DNA of 32,000 bases from Bifidobacterium longum subsp. longum JCM 1217 (GTDB lineage Bacteria; Actinomycetota; Actinomycetes; Actinomycetales; Bifidobacteriaceae). Positions 12,201 to 19,644 of the stretch are shown piece after piece; within the stretch, counting starts at the first letter, position 1, and each line of letters starts with the position of its first letter. The notes beneath the pieces were generated by a model. The model did no database searches. It saw nothing but the letters and a program-made list of their open reading frames with translations, and was not told the origin of the DNA. The position numbers and the translations under genes were made by a program. The DNA lies in the NCBI RefSeq assembly GCF_000196555.1, contig NC_015067.1:2340001-2372000 (forward strand). Reading direction: 5' to 3'.

Positions 12201-12270
12201 CCCCCCTCAGTCCGCTTCGCGGCCAGCTCCCCTCTCTGAGGGGAGCTGTCGGCGTTAGCCGAGTGAGGGG
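12201..12270. repeat. Palindromic intergenic repeat element, copy A (two about 32-bp units in inverted orientation)
   Basis: The sequence is CCCCTCAGTCCGCTTCGCGGCCAGCTCCCCTC-TCT-GAGGGGAGCTGTCGGCGTTAGCCGAGTGAGGGG. The inner 11-bp stem is perfect (12224-12234 with 12238-12248). The outer CCCCTCA/TGAGGGG ends are also complementary. The same unit recurs at 14625-14687 and its core at 20421-20455. Confidence 0.8.
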
Positions 12271-12383
12271 AGTAACAACGGCTCTCTGGTTGTTCAATGC
12301 GTGCGGAGACCGCCGTCTGAGGCCGAAGGCGTACGAAGGTACGTCGAGTGCCGAAGAAAGGCGGTATACGCTCCCTCGAACGA

Positions 12384-14579
12384 TCAGAGCATGCAGGAGA
12401 CGCAGCCTTGGACCTCAGTGCCTTCCAGGGCTTGCTGGCGGATGCGGATGTAGTAGAGGGTTTTGATGCCCTTGCGCCAGGCGTAGATCTGGGCCTTATT
12501 GAGGTCGCGGGTGGTGGCGGTGTCCGGGAAGAACAGCGTCAGCGACAGTCCCTGATCCACGTGCTGGGTGGCCTCGGCGTACGTGTCGACGATGGCCTTC
12601 CAGCCGATCTCGTAGGCGTCCTTGTAGTACCCGAGGTTGTCGTTGGTCATGTAGGCGGCCGGGTAGTACACGCGCCCGATCTTGCCTTCCTTGCGAATCT
12701 CGATCTTGGAGGCGATCGGGTGAATCGAGCTCGTGGAATGGTTGATGTACGAGATCGAGCCGGTGGGCGGCACGGCCTGCAGGTTCTGGTTGTAGATGCC
12801 GTCCTTCAGAATCGCGTCGCGCAGGGCCTCCCAGTCGGCCGCAGTCGGGATCGCGATGCCGTACTGTTCGAACAGCGCACGGACCCGTTCGGTGCGCGGA
12901 GTGAGCGAACGACGACCATCGGTGTACTTGTCGAAGTAGTTGCCCTGGCCGGCCGGCTTGGCGTAGTCGCTCGTAGCGAAGCTGGCGAACGTGCGGCCAT
13001 GCTCCACGGCGAGCGCGTGCGAGGCACGGTAGGCGTGGTAGGCCACGGTCATGAAGTACATGTCGGTGAAGTCGAGGCCCTCTTCAGAACCGTACTGGAT
13101 GCCTTCGCGGGCCAGGAAGCCGTGCAGGTTCATCTGGCCGAGACCGATGGCGTGGCCCTCCTCATTGGCGCGGCGAATCGAAGGCACCGCGTTGATGCTG
13201 GTGTGCTCGGCCACCGAGGTGAGTGCGCGGATCGCCGTCTCCACCGTGTGGCCCAAGCCGCCATCCATCGCCTTAGCGATGTTGAGCGAACCTAGATTGC
13301 AGGAGATGTCGCGGCCGACATGCGCATACGTGAGGTCCTCGTTGTATGCGCTCGGCTCCTGAACCTGCAGGATTTCCGAGCACAGGTTGGACATGGTCAC
13401 GCGACCTTCGATCGGGTTCGCGCGGTTGACCGTGTCCTCGAACACGATGTACGGGTAGCCGGATTCGAACTGCAGTTCGGCGATGGTGGTGAAGAACTTA
13501 CGGGCGTCGATGTAGGTCTTCTTGATGCGGTCGTCGGCCACCATCTCGTCATAATGCTCGGTAACGGAGATGTCGGCGAACGGCTTGCCGTACACGCGCT
13601 CCACGTCGTACGGGCTGAACAGGGCCATCTGGGCCTTCTGTTTGGCCAGTTCGAACGTGATGTCCGGAATCACCACGCCAAGAGCCAGCGACTTGATGCG
13701 GATCTTCTCGTCCGCGTTCTCTCGCTTGGTATCCAGGAAGCGCAGGATATCAGGGTGGTGGGCGTTGAGGTACACCGCGCCCGCGCCCTGACGTGCGCCG
13801 AGCTGGTTGGCATAGGAGAAGGAGTCCTCCAGCAGCTTCATGACCGGAATCACGCCGCTGGACTGGTTCTCGATGTGCTTGATCGGGGCGCCGAGCTCGC
13901 GCAGGTTGCTCAGCAGCAGGGCCACGCCACCGCCGCGCTTGGAGAGCTGGAGGGCCGCGTTGATGCCGCGCGAAATCGACTCCATGTTGTCTTCGATGCG
14001 CACCAGGAAGCAGCTGACCGGTTCGCCACGCTGGGCCTTGCCGAGATTCAGGAAGGTCGGGGTGGCGGGCTGGAAGCGGCCGGCAAGCATTTCGTCGGCG
14101 TATTCGATGGCCTGCTGCTCATTGCCGGCGGCGAGCTCCAGGGCCACAGCGGCGCAACGCTGCGGGAAGTCCTCAAGATAGAGGCGACCATCGAACGTCT
14201 TGAGCGCGTAGGACGTGTAGAACTTGAACGCACCAAGGAAAGTGCCGAACTCAAAGCCGGCGGATTCCACGTGCTCGTAGATGCGGTCGAGGAATTCAGC
14301 GGAGTACTGGTTGAAGACCGCAGGGTTGTAGTACTGGTTGCTGATCAGGTATTCGAGACGCTCGGCGGCGGAGGCGAACCGCTTGCTGTTGGTGGCCACG
14401 TGCCCTGTCACGTATTCGCGTTCGGCGGCCTTGTCTTTGTCGAACTGGATCTTGCCGTCGGCGTCATAGAGGTTGAGCATCGCGTTGAGCGCGTGGTAAT
14501 CGTGCGCCGGGTCGTACTGTTCCGCTGCGGTGTCGGCAGTATTGTCGAGCGGCAGGCCGGTGGCGGTGAGGTCAGTCAT
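12384..14579 (-). CDS. nrdE: Class Ib ribonucleotide reductase alpha subunit
   Basis: It has the catalytic-site motif NLCSEI and the C-terminal redox pair CVSCML, and its length is typical of the family. The track ORF starts at 14639. The ATG at 14579 ([11 protein letters not shown]...) is preceded by AAGGA at about 8 nt and is the likelier start. Confidence 0.93.
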   Translation of the reverse strand: MTDLTATGLPLDNTADTAAEQYDPAHDYHALNAMLNLYDADGKIQFDKDKAAEREYVTGHVATNSKRFASAAERLEYLISNQYYNPAVFNQYSAEFLDRIYEHVESAGFEFGTFLGAFKFYTSYALKTFDGRLYLEDFPQRCAAVALELAAGNEQQAIEYADEMLAGRFQPATPTFLNLGKAQRGEPVSCFLVRIEDNMESISRGINAALQLSKRGGGVALLLSNLRELGAPIKHIENQSSGVIPVMKLLEDSFSYANQLGARQGAGAVYLNAHHPDILRFLDTKRENADEKIRIKSLALGVVIPDITFELAKQKAQMALFSPYDVERVYGKPFADISVTEHYDEMVADDRIKKTYIDARKFFTTIAELQFESGYPYIVFEDTVNRANPIEGRVTMSNLCSEILQVQEPSAYNEDLTYAHVGRDISCNLGSLNIAKAMDGGLGHTVETAIRALTSVAEHTSINAVPSIRRANEEGHAIGLGQMNLHGFLAREGIQYGSEEGLDFTDMYFMTVAYHAYRASHALAVEHGRTFASFATSDYAKPAGQGNYFDKYTDGRRSLTPRTERVRALFEQYGIAIPTAADWEALRDAILKDGIYNQNLQAVPPTGSISYINHSTSSIHPIASKIEIRKEGKIGRVYYPAAYMTNDNLGYYKDAYEIGWKAIVDTYAEATQHVDQGLSLTLFFPDTATTRDLNKAQIYAWRKGIKTLYYIRIRQQALEGTEVQGCVSCML

Positions 14580-14624
14580 TGGAAATCCTTGGAATATGGC
14601 AGAAGTGTGTTTACTCAGACAGTT

Positions 14625-14687
14625 GCTCCCCTCAGTCAACTTCGTTGACAGCTCCCCTCGGAGAGGGGAGCCAATACCTCGAGGGGG
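14625..14687. repeat. Palindromic intergenic repeat element, copy B (inside the nrdI-nrdE spacer)
   Basis: The sequence is GCTCCCCTCAGTCAACTTCGTTGACAGCTCCCCTC-GGA-GAGGGGAGCC...CTCGAGGGGG. It has nested palindromes GTCAAC-TTC-GTTGAC and GCTCCCCTC (14651-14659) / GAGGGGAGC (14663-14671). The unit CCCCTCAGTC-N10-12-CAGCTCCCCTC is shared with copy A. Confidence 0.8.
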
Positions 14688-14694
14688 TCAAGAT

Positions 14695-15153
14695 TTACTG
14701 TTCGGTGAAGAAGCGGACGAGGCCGTTTCGCACGGCGGCAGTGTCTTCCGGGGTGCCCATGAGTTCGTAACGGTAGAGGTAGGGCACCTTGCATTTGGCG
14801 GCGATGATGTCTCCGGCGGCACAGTAGGCCTCACCGAAATTGGTGTTGCCTGAGGCGATGACGCCGCGAATCCACTCGCGGTTGGCTGGATCGTTGAGGA
14901 AGCGTTTGACCTGAATCGGCACTGCTTTCTTGACCACGCCGCCGCCATAGGTGGGCACCATGATGACGTACGGTTCGCGGACGTTTAGCGCCGGGGCGGC
15001 GGCCCGCAACGGGATGCGGTAGACGTTGATGCCTTCGTCCTGCAAACGGCATCCGGCCACGAACCGTGCGGTGTTTTCGGAGGCCGACGAGAAGTAGACC
15101 AATGCGCCGATCGTCTTGCCTTCGGCCGCGAATTCGGGCTGGCTCAGACTCAC
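14695..15153 (-). CDS. nrdI: Flavodoxin-like ribonucleotide reductase stimulatory protein
   Basis: 152 aa with [15 protein letters not shown]...PTYGGG. The GTG start overlaps the nrdH TGA (GTGA, 15150-15153). The start is somewhat uncertain because a TTG just before LVYFSS is an alternative. Confidence 0.88.
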   Translation of the reverse strand: MSLSQPEFAAEGKTIGALVYFSSASENTARFVAGCRLQDEGINVYRIPLRAAAPALNVREPYVIMVPTYGGGVVKKAVPIQVKRFLNDPANREWIRGVIASGNTNFGEAYCAAGDIIAAKCKVPYLYRYELMGTPEDTAAVRNGLVRFFTEQ

Positions 15154-15416
15154 GCGGACACCGTGGCGGCGGCGCGGTTGTCGGCGGCCACCTGCTGGGC
15201 GACTTCGCGAATCAGGTCGGGGCGGTAGCCGGTCCAGGAGTTGTCCGGCGTGATGACCACCGGAGCCTGCTGGAAACCGGCGGCCTGCAGCTGCTCAAGG
15301 GTGGAGGGGTTCTGCGTCAGGTCCACGGTTTCAAACGGCACACCCAGCTTGGTGAGCTGGCGCTTGGTGGCATCGCACTGCGGGCAATGCGGCTTGGTGA
15401 ACACGGTGACGGTCAT
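15150..15416 (-). CDS. nrdH: Glutaredoxin-like electron donor for class Ib RNR
   Basis: The product is [21 protein letters not shown]..., with a CPQC redox motif. The ATG at 15416 is preceded by AAGGGGAG at 6 nt. The track start at 15464 adds 16 unlikely residues. Confidence 0.9.
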   Translation of the reverse strand: MTVTVFTKPHCPQCDATKRQLTKLGVPFETVDLTQNPSTLEQLQAAGFQQAPVVITPDNSWTGYRPDLIREVAQQVAADNRAAATVSA

Positions 15417-15462
15417 GGCGACTCCCCTTGATGTGGTTCTGATGAACAGTGAAGCGAAGGCC

Positions 15463-15490
15463 ATATTACAGCGGTGTGATTTGAAATCAA
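15463..15490 (-). promoter_or_regulatory. Putative sigma-70-type promoter of nrdHIEF
   Basis: The minus strand reads TTGATT (complement of 15485-15490), a 16-nt spacer, then TAATAT (complement of 15463-15468). This is about 45 nt upstream of the nrdH ATG. Confidence 0.45.
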
Positions 15491-15492
15491 GG

Positions 15493-15506
15493 CACTATAT
15501 GTAGTG
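15493..15506. promoter_or_regulatory. NrdR box 1 (candidate)
   Basis: cactatatgtagtg is 12 of 14 palindromic. It fits the NrdR-box pattern (CAC-w-AT-AT-AT-w-GTG) as I remember it and abuts the -35. Confidence 0.55.
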
Positions 15507-15525
15507 GCGCGTGTCACATAACAAA

Positions 15526-15539
15526 CCTAGATATAGGGT
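15526..15539. promoter_or_regulatory. NrdR box 2 (candidate, weaker)
   Basis: cctagatatagggt lies within the near-palindrome aacctagatatagggtt. Its centre is 33 bp from box 1, about three helical turns, which is the usual tandem arrangement. Confidence 0.4.
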
Positions 15540-15679
15540 TTTTCATTGATATTCCGCCATTCCCATGCACCCCCGAAAATCGGCGTGCAGCGACCCGCCC
15601 AATCACATGTGGCATTGTTCACATTTGCGTTTGAACCGCTCTTCGACTGATCCTCAACCGCCCTGCAACCGCCATCTTG

Positions 15680-15872
15680 AGTTTCGAGGGGCTGTTTTGA
15701 CCCTTTCCGGAGATCTATCTCCGTTTCGAGGGGCTGGTACTCAAGTAAGCGCATCCCCAAAATGGCGGAATGACGGTGGGGCGAAGCCGTTTATACCCGT
15801 GTTCTAGCGGGCCACCAGCCCCTCGAAACGGGAGTAAACCTCTACGGAAGGCCAAATCAGCCCCTCGAAGCG
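15680..15872. repeat. About 195-bp imperfect palindrome carrying four copies of TTTCGAGGGGCTG (2 direct, 2 inverted)
   Basis: The motif occurs at 15682-15694 and 15724-15736 and, inverted, at 15817-15829 and 15858-15870 (the last with 1 mismatch). The left arm 15680-15738 aligns with the reverse complement of 15814-15872 over about 57-60 bp at roughly 85 percent by eye. The spacer is 75 bp. Confidence 0.75.
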
Positions 15873-15909
15873 GAGAACGGATACCTCGGCACCCCGTGTG
15901 GAGCCAGAA

Positions 15910-15947
15910 GGCCCGGCCGGATGTCCAAACGAGCATCCGGCCAGGCC
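15910..15947 (-). terminator. Stem-loop downstream of the HTH gene (probable terminator, weak T tract)
   Basis: ggcccggccggatg (15910-15923) pairs with catccggccaggcc (15934-15947) at 13 of 14 bp with a 10-nt loop. On the minus strand it is followed by TTCT only. Confidence 0.45.
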
Positions 15948-16003
15948 TTAAAAGTAGTTGTTCAGTTATCAGAATCGATGCGGCGCGATACTACTCCGCG
16001 TCT

Positions 16004-16654
16004 TTACGGCTCCAACAGATCTTCGATGCGGCAGCCAAGCGTGCGGGCCAAAGCGAGCACGGTGGAGACGGCAGCTTTGCCAAGGTCTTTGCGGCGCTGC
16101 TCGTACATTTGGATGGAGCGCAGGGTAACGCCGGAGCGGCGGGCCAGCCCGGATTGGCTGAGTCCGGCGCGCACGCGGATCGTGTGCAGCCGGGAGTCGC
16201 CCTCGGTGCGATTATGGGCGGCCCGCTCGTCGTACACGTCGACGAATCGGCTTTCGTCGGCTTCGTGCAAAGCCGGGTAAAGTCGCACGATATCGCCGAG
16301 CGACAGCACATCGAGAATGTCCGAGAACCGCACTCCCCTGGCCCATTGGCAGTATGCGAGTACCCATCCGGCCCAGTATTCGGGTGTTGAGCCGGCGCGC
16401 AGTGCGGCTGGCGGCATATCGAGAATGCGCGCCCAACCGGTTTGCCGCATGATTTCGGCCACCAGCTCCTCGCCGGACATGCCACACACGTATTTGGGCG
16501 TGCCTCGCCCGAAAAGCGCGGCCGCCTCGGAGGTGGCGAAGAAGTCCATGAATAGGCCGACCGGCAACCCGCAATCGTTCAGCGCATAATCGAAGGCGCC
16601 GGCCAAGTTGGCCATGGCGTCCGGCAAGTATGTCTCATCGTAGGCGGTGATCAT
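16004..16654 (-). CDS. Two-domain protein: N-terminal DUF3791-like region plus C-terminal XRE-family helix-turn-helix
   Basis: 216 aa. The C-terminus LHTIRVRAGLSQSGLARRSGVTLRSIQMYEQRRKDLGKAAVSTVLALARTLGCRIEDLL is a classic Cro/C1 HTH. The ATG lies inside the last codons of the upstream gene, a 20-nt overlap. Confidence 0.8.
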   Translation of the reverse strand: MITAYDETYLPDAMANLAGAFDYALNDCGLPVGLFMDFFATSEAAALFGRGTPKYVCGMSGEELVAEIMRQTGWARILDMPPAALRAGSTPEYWAGWVLAYCQWARGVRFSDILDVLSLGDIVRLYPALHEADESRFVDVYDERAAHNRTEGDSRLHTIRVRAGLSQSGLARRSGVTLRSIQMYEQRRKDLGKAAVSTVLALARTLGCRIEDLLEP

Positions 16655-17318
16655 CGTTGGTCACTTTCTCACGGATGATGTCGCGCATGAACAGGCCGTC
16701 GAGATCGGCTTCAGCGCTGTTGCGACGGTAAGCTTCACGAGCCGTGCGGTCGCGCTCGTTGCGCAATACGTGGTAGGTCGAAGCGCGGGCGATTTCGCAG
16801 CCTTGGAACCGCAGCGCCGCGAATGCCTGAGGACTGGTGAGTACGATCTGCTTGCCGAGCTCACCCAACCGCATCGCCTCGGCGAGTTGGTCGAGGGAAA
16901 TCGCGTTATTGACAAAAGCGCGGGCGAACGAGAAATACGAATCGTCGGCACGATATCCGACGATGACGTCAGACTGACTGGTATCCGGCAGAGACACTTG
17001 TTTCAGATATTCGATGCCTTGCGCGGCGACGGTGGTGGTCGGCTGGAAACGACGGTTTTCGACCAGCAGGGCCAACCAGTTCAGGATGGTGTAGGGCAAC
17101 TGGGACAGGTCCAGGAAGGTGAGCCCGTTGGTGGCCAATGTGTACCGATTCGCGAAACCGTCATCCAGTCCCGCGCACGCCCATTCCTTGGCCAGCTCGA
17201 CGCTGCGCGTGCAATAGAATCCGCGGCCATAATCGTTGTTCGGCTTGACCAGCCCGTATTCAGGATGCTTGATGACATGCGAAGAGCCATGCCACAGTTC
17301 GATCGATGCGGTCTCCAT
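16635..17318 (-). CDS. DUF3990-like protein (possible ADP-ribosyltransferase-fold enzyme)
   Basis: 227 aa starting METASIELWHGSSHVIKHPEYGLVKPNNDYGRGFYCTRSVELAKEWA. It shows the WHGS and GxGFY signatures. A strong SD GAAGGAG precedes the ATG. Confidence 0.75.
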   Translation of the reverse strand: METASIELWHGSSHVIKHPEYGLVKPNNDYGRGFYCTRSVELAKEWACAGLDDGFANRYTLATNGLTFLDLSQLPYTILNWLALLVENRRFQPTTTVAAQGIEYLKQVSLPDTSQSDVIVGYRADDSYFSFARAFVNNAISLDQLAEAMRLGELGKQIVLTSPQAFAALRFQGCEIARASTYHVLRNERDRTAREAYRRNSAEADLDGLFMRDIIREKVTNDDHRLR

Positions 17319-17354
17319 TGGCCGGCTCCTTCTCTCTCTCCTTACATATTCTTG

Positions 17355-17374
17355 ATTATATCACTGTGGTGATA
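17355..17374 (-). promoter_or_regulatory. Extended -10 promoter (TGaTATAAT) of the DUF3990 operon, overlapped by a 6-4-6 palindrome
   Basis: The minus strand reads gTGaTATAATcaag, where TATAAT is the complement of 17355-17360. The palindrome is tatcac-tgtg-gtgata (17359-17364 with 17369-17374). The start codon is at 17318. Confidence 0.5.
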
Positions 17375-17408
17375 GTCATAAGGGAAATACGAGATGAAAA
17401 ATACCGCT

Positions 17409-17450
17409 GTATACGTTCGTACACAACGTGAAATGTATACGAACGTATAC
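17409..17450. promoter_or_regulatory. 17-bp inverted repeat with 8-bp spacer in the divergent DUF3990 / K+ channel intergenic region (candidate operator)
   Basis: gtatacgttcgtacaca (17409-17425) pairs with tgtgtatacgaacgtatac-type arm 17434-17450 at 16 of 17 positions. It is AT-rich with no T tract, so it does not look like a terminator. Confidence 0.5.
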
Positions 17451-17479
17451 AACACTGATGTCCGGAGTCATGCTCCGCA

Positions 17480-18280
17480 GTGGCGCAGCGGACGCGCCAC
17501 TGCAATCGGAATATGGGACTGAAGACGTGGAAGAAGTGGACGGACTGGCCGCTGATGGTGCTGTCCGTGGTGTTTCTGGTGGTGTATTCGTGGGAAATTC
17601 TCTCCCGCACGCATATCGCGCTGTGTGAAACCGTCATCAACGTGATCTGGGTGGTGTTCGTCGTCGATTATGTGGTCTCGCTGTGGTTGGCCGACGATCG
17701 CTGGCGGTGGTTCAAGCACAACCTGTTCACGCTGCTGACCATCGCGCTGCCGATGCTCCGGCCCTTGCGACTGTTGCGTTTGCTGACCGTGCTGCACGTG
17801 CTGAACCGCACCTCCGGCATGGCGGTGCGCGGGCGCATCACCGTATACGCGGTCGGCGCGGTGGGAATGCTCATGTACGTGGGCGCGCTGGCCGTGTATT
17901 CCGTGGAGCGCGGGGCGTCCGGATCCACGATCACCGACTTCGGCACGGCGTTGTGGTGGGCGTTCGTGACCGTGACCACCGTGGGATATGGCGACTTCTC
18001 GCCGGTCACCTTCCAAGGCAAGATCATTGCGGTGGTGCTGATGTTCACCGGCATCGCGTTGATCGGTATTGTGACGGCCACGCTGGCCTCGTGGATCGTG
18101 GATCAGGTCAATCTGGAGACGGATCGGCGCGAGGACGCTCGGGAGAAGGAAGTGGCCAAGGAAGCCGCGCAAGAGGCTATTGCGACATCAGCCAATCCCG
18201 AAATCGACCTATTGCGCGAGGAAGTGCGTGAGCTGACCGCTACGGTAGCCGGTCTGCGCACCGAACTTGAGCGACGTTGA
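17480..18280 (+). CDS. Voltage-gated-type (6-TM) potassium channel
   Basis: It has the selectivity filter TVGYGD and an S4-like LRPLRLLRLLTVLHVLNR, with hydrophobic S1-S6 segments and a charged coiled C-terminal tail. The start is uncertain (GTG 17480 or ATG 17513). Confidence 0.88.
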   Translation: MAQRTRHCNRNMGLKTWKKWTDWPLMVLSVVFLVVYSWEILSRTHIALCETVINVIWVVFVVDYVVSLWLADDRWRWFKHNLFTLLTIALPMLRPLRLLRLLTVLHVLNRTSGMAVRGRITVYAVGAVGMLMYVGALAVYSVERGASGSTITDFGTALWWAFVTVTTVGYGDFSPVTFQGKIIAVVLMFTGIALIGIVTATLASWIVDQVNLETDRREDAREKEVAKEAAQEAIATSANPEIDLLREEVRELTATVAGLRTELERR

Positions 18281-18297
18281 TTGGCGAAGCGGGACAA

Positions 18298-18362
18298 ACA
18301 ACGATTCTGCCAAGAAGGTCCGCGTCAGTTGTTGTCACCGCGGATTGCGGCAGAATCATTGT
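18298..18362 (+). terminator. Nested hairpin downstream of the K+ channel gene (probable terminator)
   Basis: acaacgattctgcc (18298-18311) pairs with ggcagaatcattgt (18349-18362) at 13 of 14 bp. An inner tccgcg/cgcgga stem is present. TTTTCTTC follows about 10 nt later. Confidence 0.35.
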
Positions 18363-18398
18363 CGCCACGGCTGTTTTCTTCAGTCGGCTCAACCCAAC

Positions 18399-18444
18399 TT
18401 TTGATAATTTTTATTTTTTTGATATTTTTGATAATTTTTATTTT
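18399..18444 (+). repeat. Extremely AT-rich 27-bp tandem direct repeat (2 copies of TTTTGATAATTTTTATTTT; TTTGATA occurs 3 times)
   Basis: The copies are 18399-18417 and 18426-18444. A possible promoter is TTGATA (18401-18406), a 16-nt spacer, then TATTTT (18423-18428). It sits 28 nt upstream of the ATPase ATG and its GAGGAGG SD. Confidence 0.85.
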
Positions 18445-18472
18445 AGGTTGATTCAGCGAGGAGGCGGTCCAC

Positions 18473-19579
18473 ATGAAGGCAAAGGAAAACCCATTCAAGC
18501 CAACGGCAGGAGGGGAACCGCCCCTGCTCATCGGCCGAGGCAAAGTTATCCGCGATTTCGAGAAAGGTCTCGATAACGGAGTCGGTGCCCCAGGGCGCAT
18601 TATGCTCGTCACCGGCGCTCGTGGAACCGGAAAAACCGTGATGCTCACTGTGTTCGGAGACCGGGCCAAAGCGCGCAGATGGGATGTCATCGAAGAAACG
18701 GCCTCTGCCGGACTATGCGAACGCCTTGTTGATGCCTTACGAACCGGGCGAGGGGCCCTTGACCACCTCACTATCCGACCATCGTTGACTTTTGCTGGAG
18801 CGGGCATCGGCCTCGGAGAAGCCGAACTATCCCCGAAGCGTATGCCCGAAACGTTGAGAAGTGCCATTGCCGGACGGTTGGATGCGCTTGAGAAGCGCCA
18901 TGCTGGGTTGCTTATCACCATTGATGAGACTCAAGCGGCTGAGCGATCCGACATGATTGCCATCGCCACTGCCATACAGCATCAAATCAGGGAACGACGC
19001 AATATCGCCATCGTGTTCGCCGGTCTCCCACAGATGATTTCTGATTTGTTCAATGACGAAGTCATCACGTTCCTACGTCGCGCGAAAACGAACATACTCA
19101 CAGATATTCCTCTTGATGAAGTGCGCGATGCTTTCGCCACAACATTCCGCGCCTCCGGCATGTCCATCACCGACGCTCAATTAAGCACTGCAGCCAATGT
19201 GACAGCCGGATACCCCTATATGATTCAACTGGTTGGCTACCATATCTGGGATGCCGCAGACATGCGGGACTCGGATACCATCATCGACGCTGATGTTACG
19301 GCAGGTATCGAGGAAGCACGTATTGACCTTGATAACGCCGTGTGCATCCCGGAGTTGCAAGGCTTATCCAAAAACGACCGTGAGTATCTCGAAGCCATGG
19401 CAGCGTCAGATGGTCCCTCTCCCACCGTGAATGTTGCACAGCGCATGGGCAAAACGCCTAACTATGCCGCCACCTACCGCAAACGCCTCCTTGACGCCTT
19501 CGTTATCCGCGAAACAGAACGAGGCGAAGTCGATTTTGCCGTGCCCTTCCTGCGCGAATACTTGCGTCGGAATCAGTAA
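18473..19579 (+). CDS. Orphan AAA+ ATPase (Orc1/Cdc6-like or STAND-like N-terminus) with a C-terminal winged-helix domain
   Basis: 368 aa starting NPFKPTAGGEPPLLIGRGKVIRDFEKGL...LVTGARGTGKTVML (Walker A), with Walker B LLITIDE. The C-terminal LSKNDREYLEAMAASDGPSPTVNVAQRMGKTPNYAATYRKRLLDAFVI looks like a wHTH. It has many A/T-ending codons relative to its neighbours. Confidence 0.8.
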   Translation: MKAKENPFKPTAGGEPPLLIGRGKVIRDFEKGLDNGVGAPGRIMLVTGARGTGKTVMLTVFGDRAKARRWDVIEETASAGLCERLVDALRTGRGALDHLTIRPSLTFAGAGIGLGEAELSPKRMPETLRSAIAGRLDALEKRHAGLLITIDETQAAERSDMIAIATAIQHQIRERRNIAIVFAGLPQMISDLFNDEVITFLRRAKTNILTDIPLDEVRDAFATTFRASGMSITDAQLSTAANVTAGYPYMIQLVGYHIWDAADMRDSDTIIDADVTAGIEEARIDLDNAVCIPELQGLSKNDREYLEAMAASDGPSPTVNVAQRMGKTPNYAATYRKRLLDAFVIRETERGEVDFAVPFLREYLRRNQ

Positions 19580-19644
19580 TCGGCACAATGCACAGTATCG
19601 ATATATTCCGTTCCATATAATGACTTTTCGCATTCAGATACACA

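Noticed and set aside
12301-12383. Repeated gccgaag words and a ccgcc...ggcgg pairing just after the nrdE stop, considered as a riboswitch or terminator
   Set aside because: I found only short, imperfect pairings and no T tract. I could not define a convincing structure by eye.
14580-14639. Upstream extensions of track ORFs: nrdE from 14639, nrdH from 15464, rsmA from 25823, LytR_C from 27536, NUDIX from 29911
   Set aside because: The extensions overlap neighbouring genes or lack SD sequences. Internal starts (14579, 15416, 25937, 27854, 30070) have good SDs and give family-typical N-termini.
15551-15771. A perfect 11-bp inverted repeat attccgccatt / aatggcggaat 200 bp apart, considered as MITE termini
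   Set aside because: A few such 11-mers within a few hundred bp are expected by chance in 32 kb by my rough estimate. The flanks do not extend the match, and no target-site duplication was seen.
15527-16485. Track ORFs in the nrdH-upstream intergenic region (15527-15760, 15565-15807, 15715-15936, 15770-16390, 15991-16485)
   Set aside because: They read through repeat and palindrome DNA or run antisense or out of frame to the HTH gene. They have no SDs and no motifs.
17468-18172. Minus-strand ORF antisense to the K+ channel. Likewise 21361-22161 and 22307-22750 antisense to the kinase, 22913-23476 antisense to the dsbA-like gene, 24768-25346 antisense to the rpf-like gene and 28616-29848 antisense to cca.
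   Set aside because: They are shadow ORFs. The partner strand has diagnostic motifs (TVGYGD, HRDIKPTN, CPGC, G5, HD) in each case.
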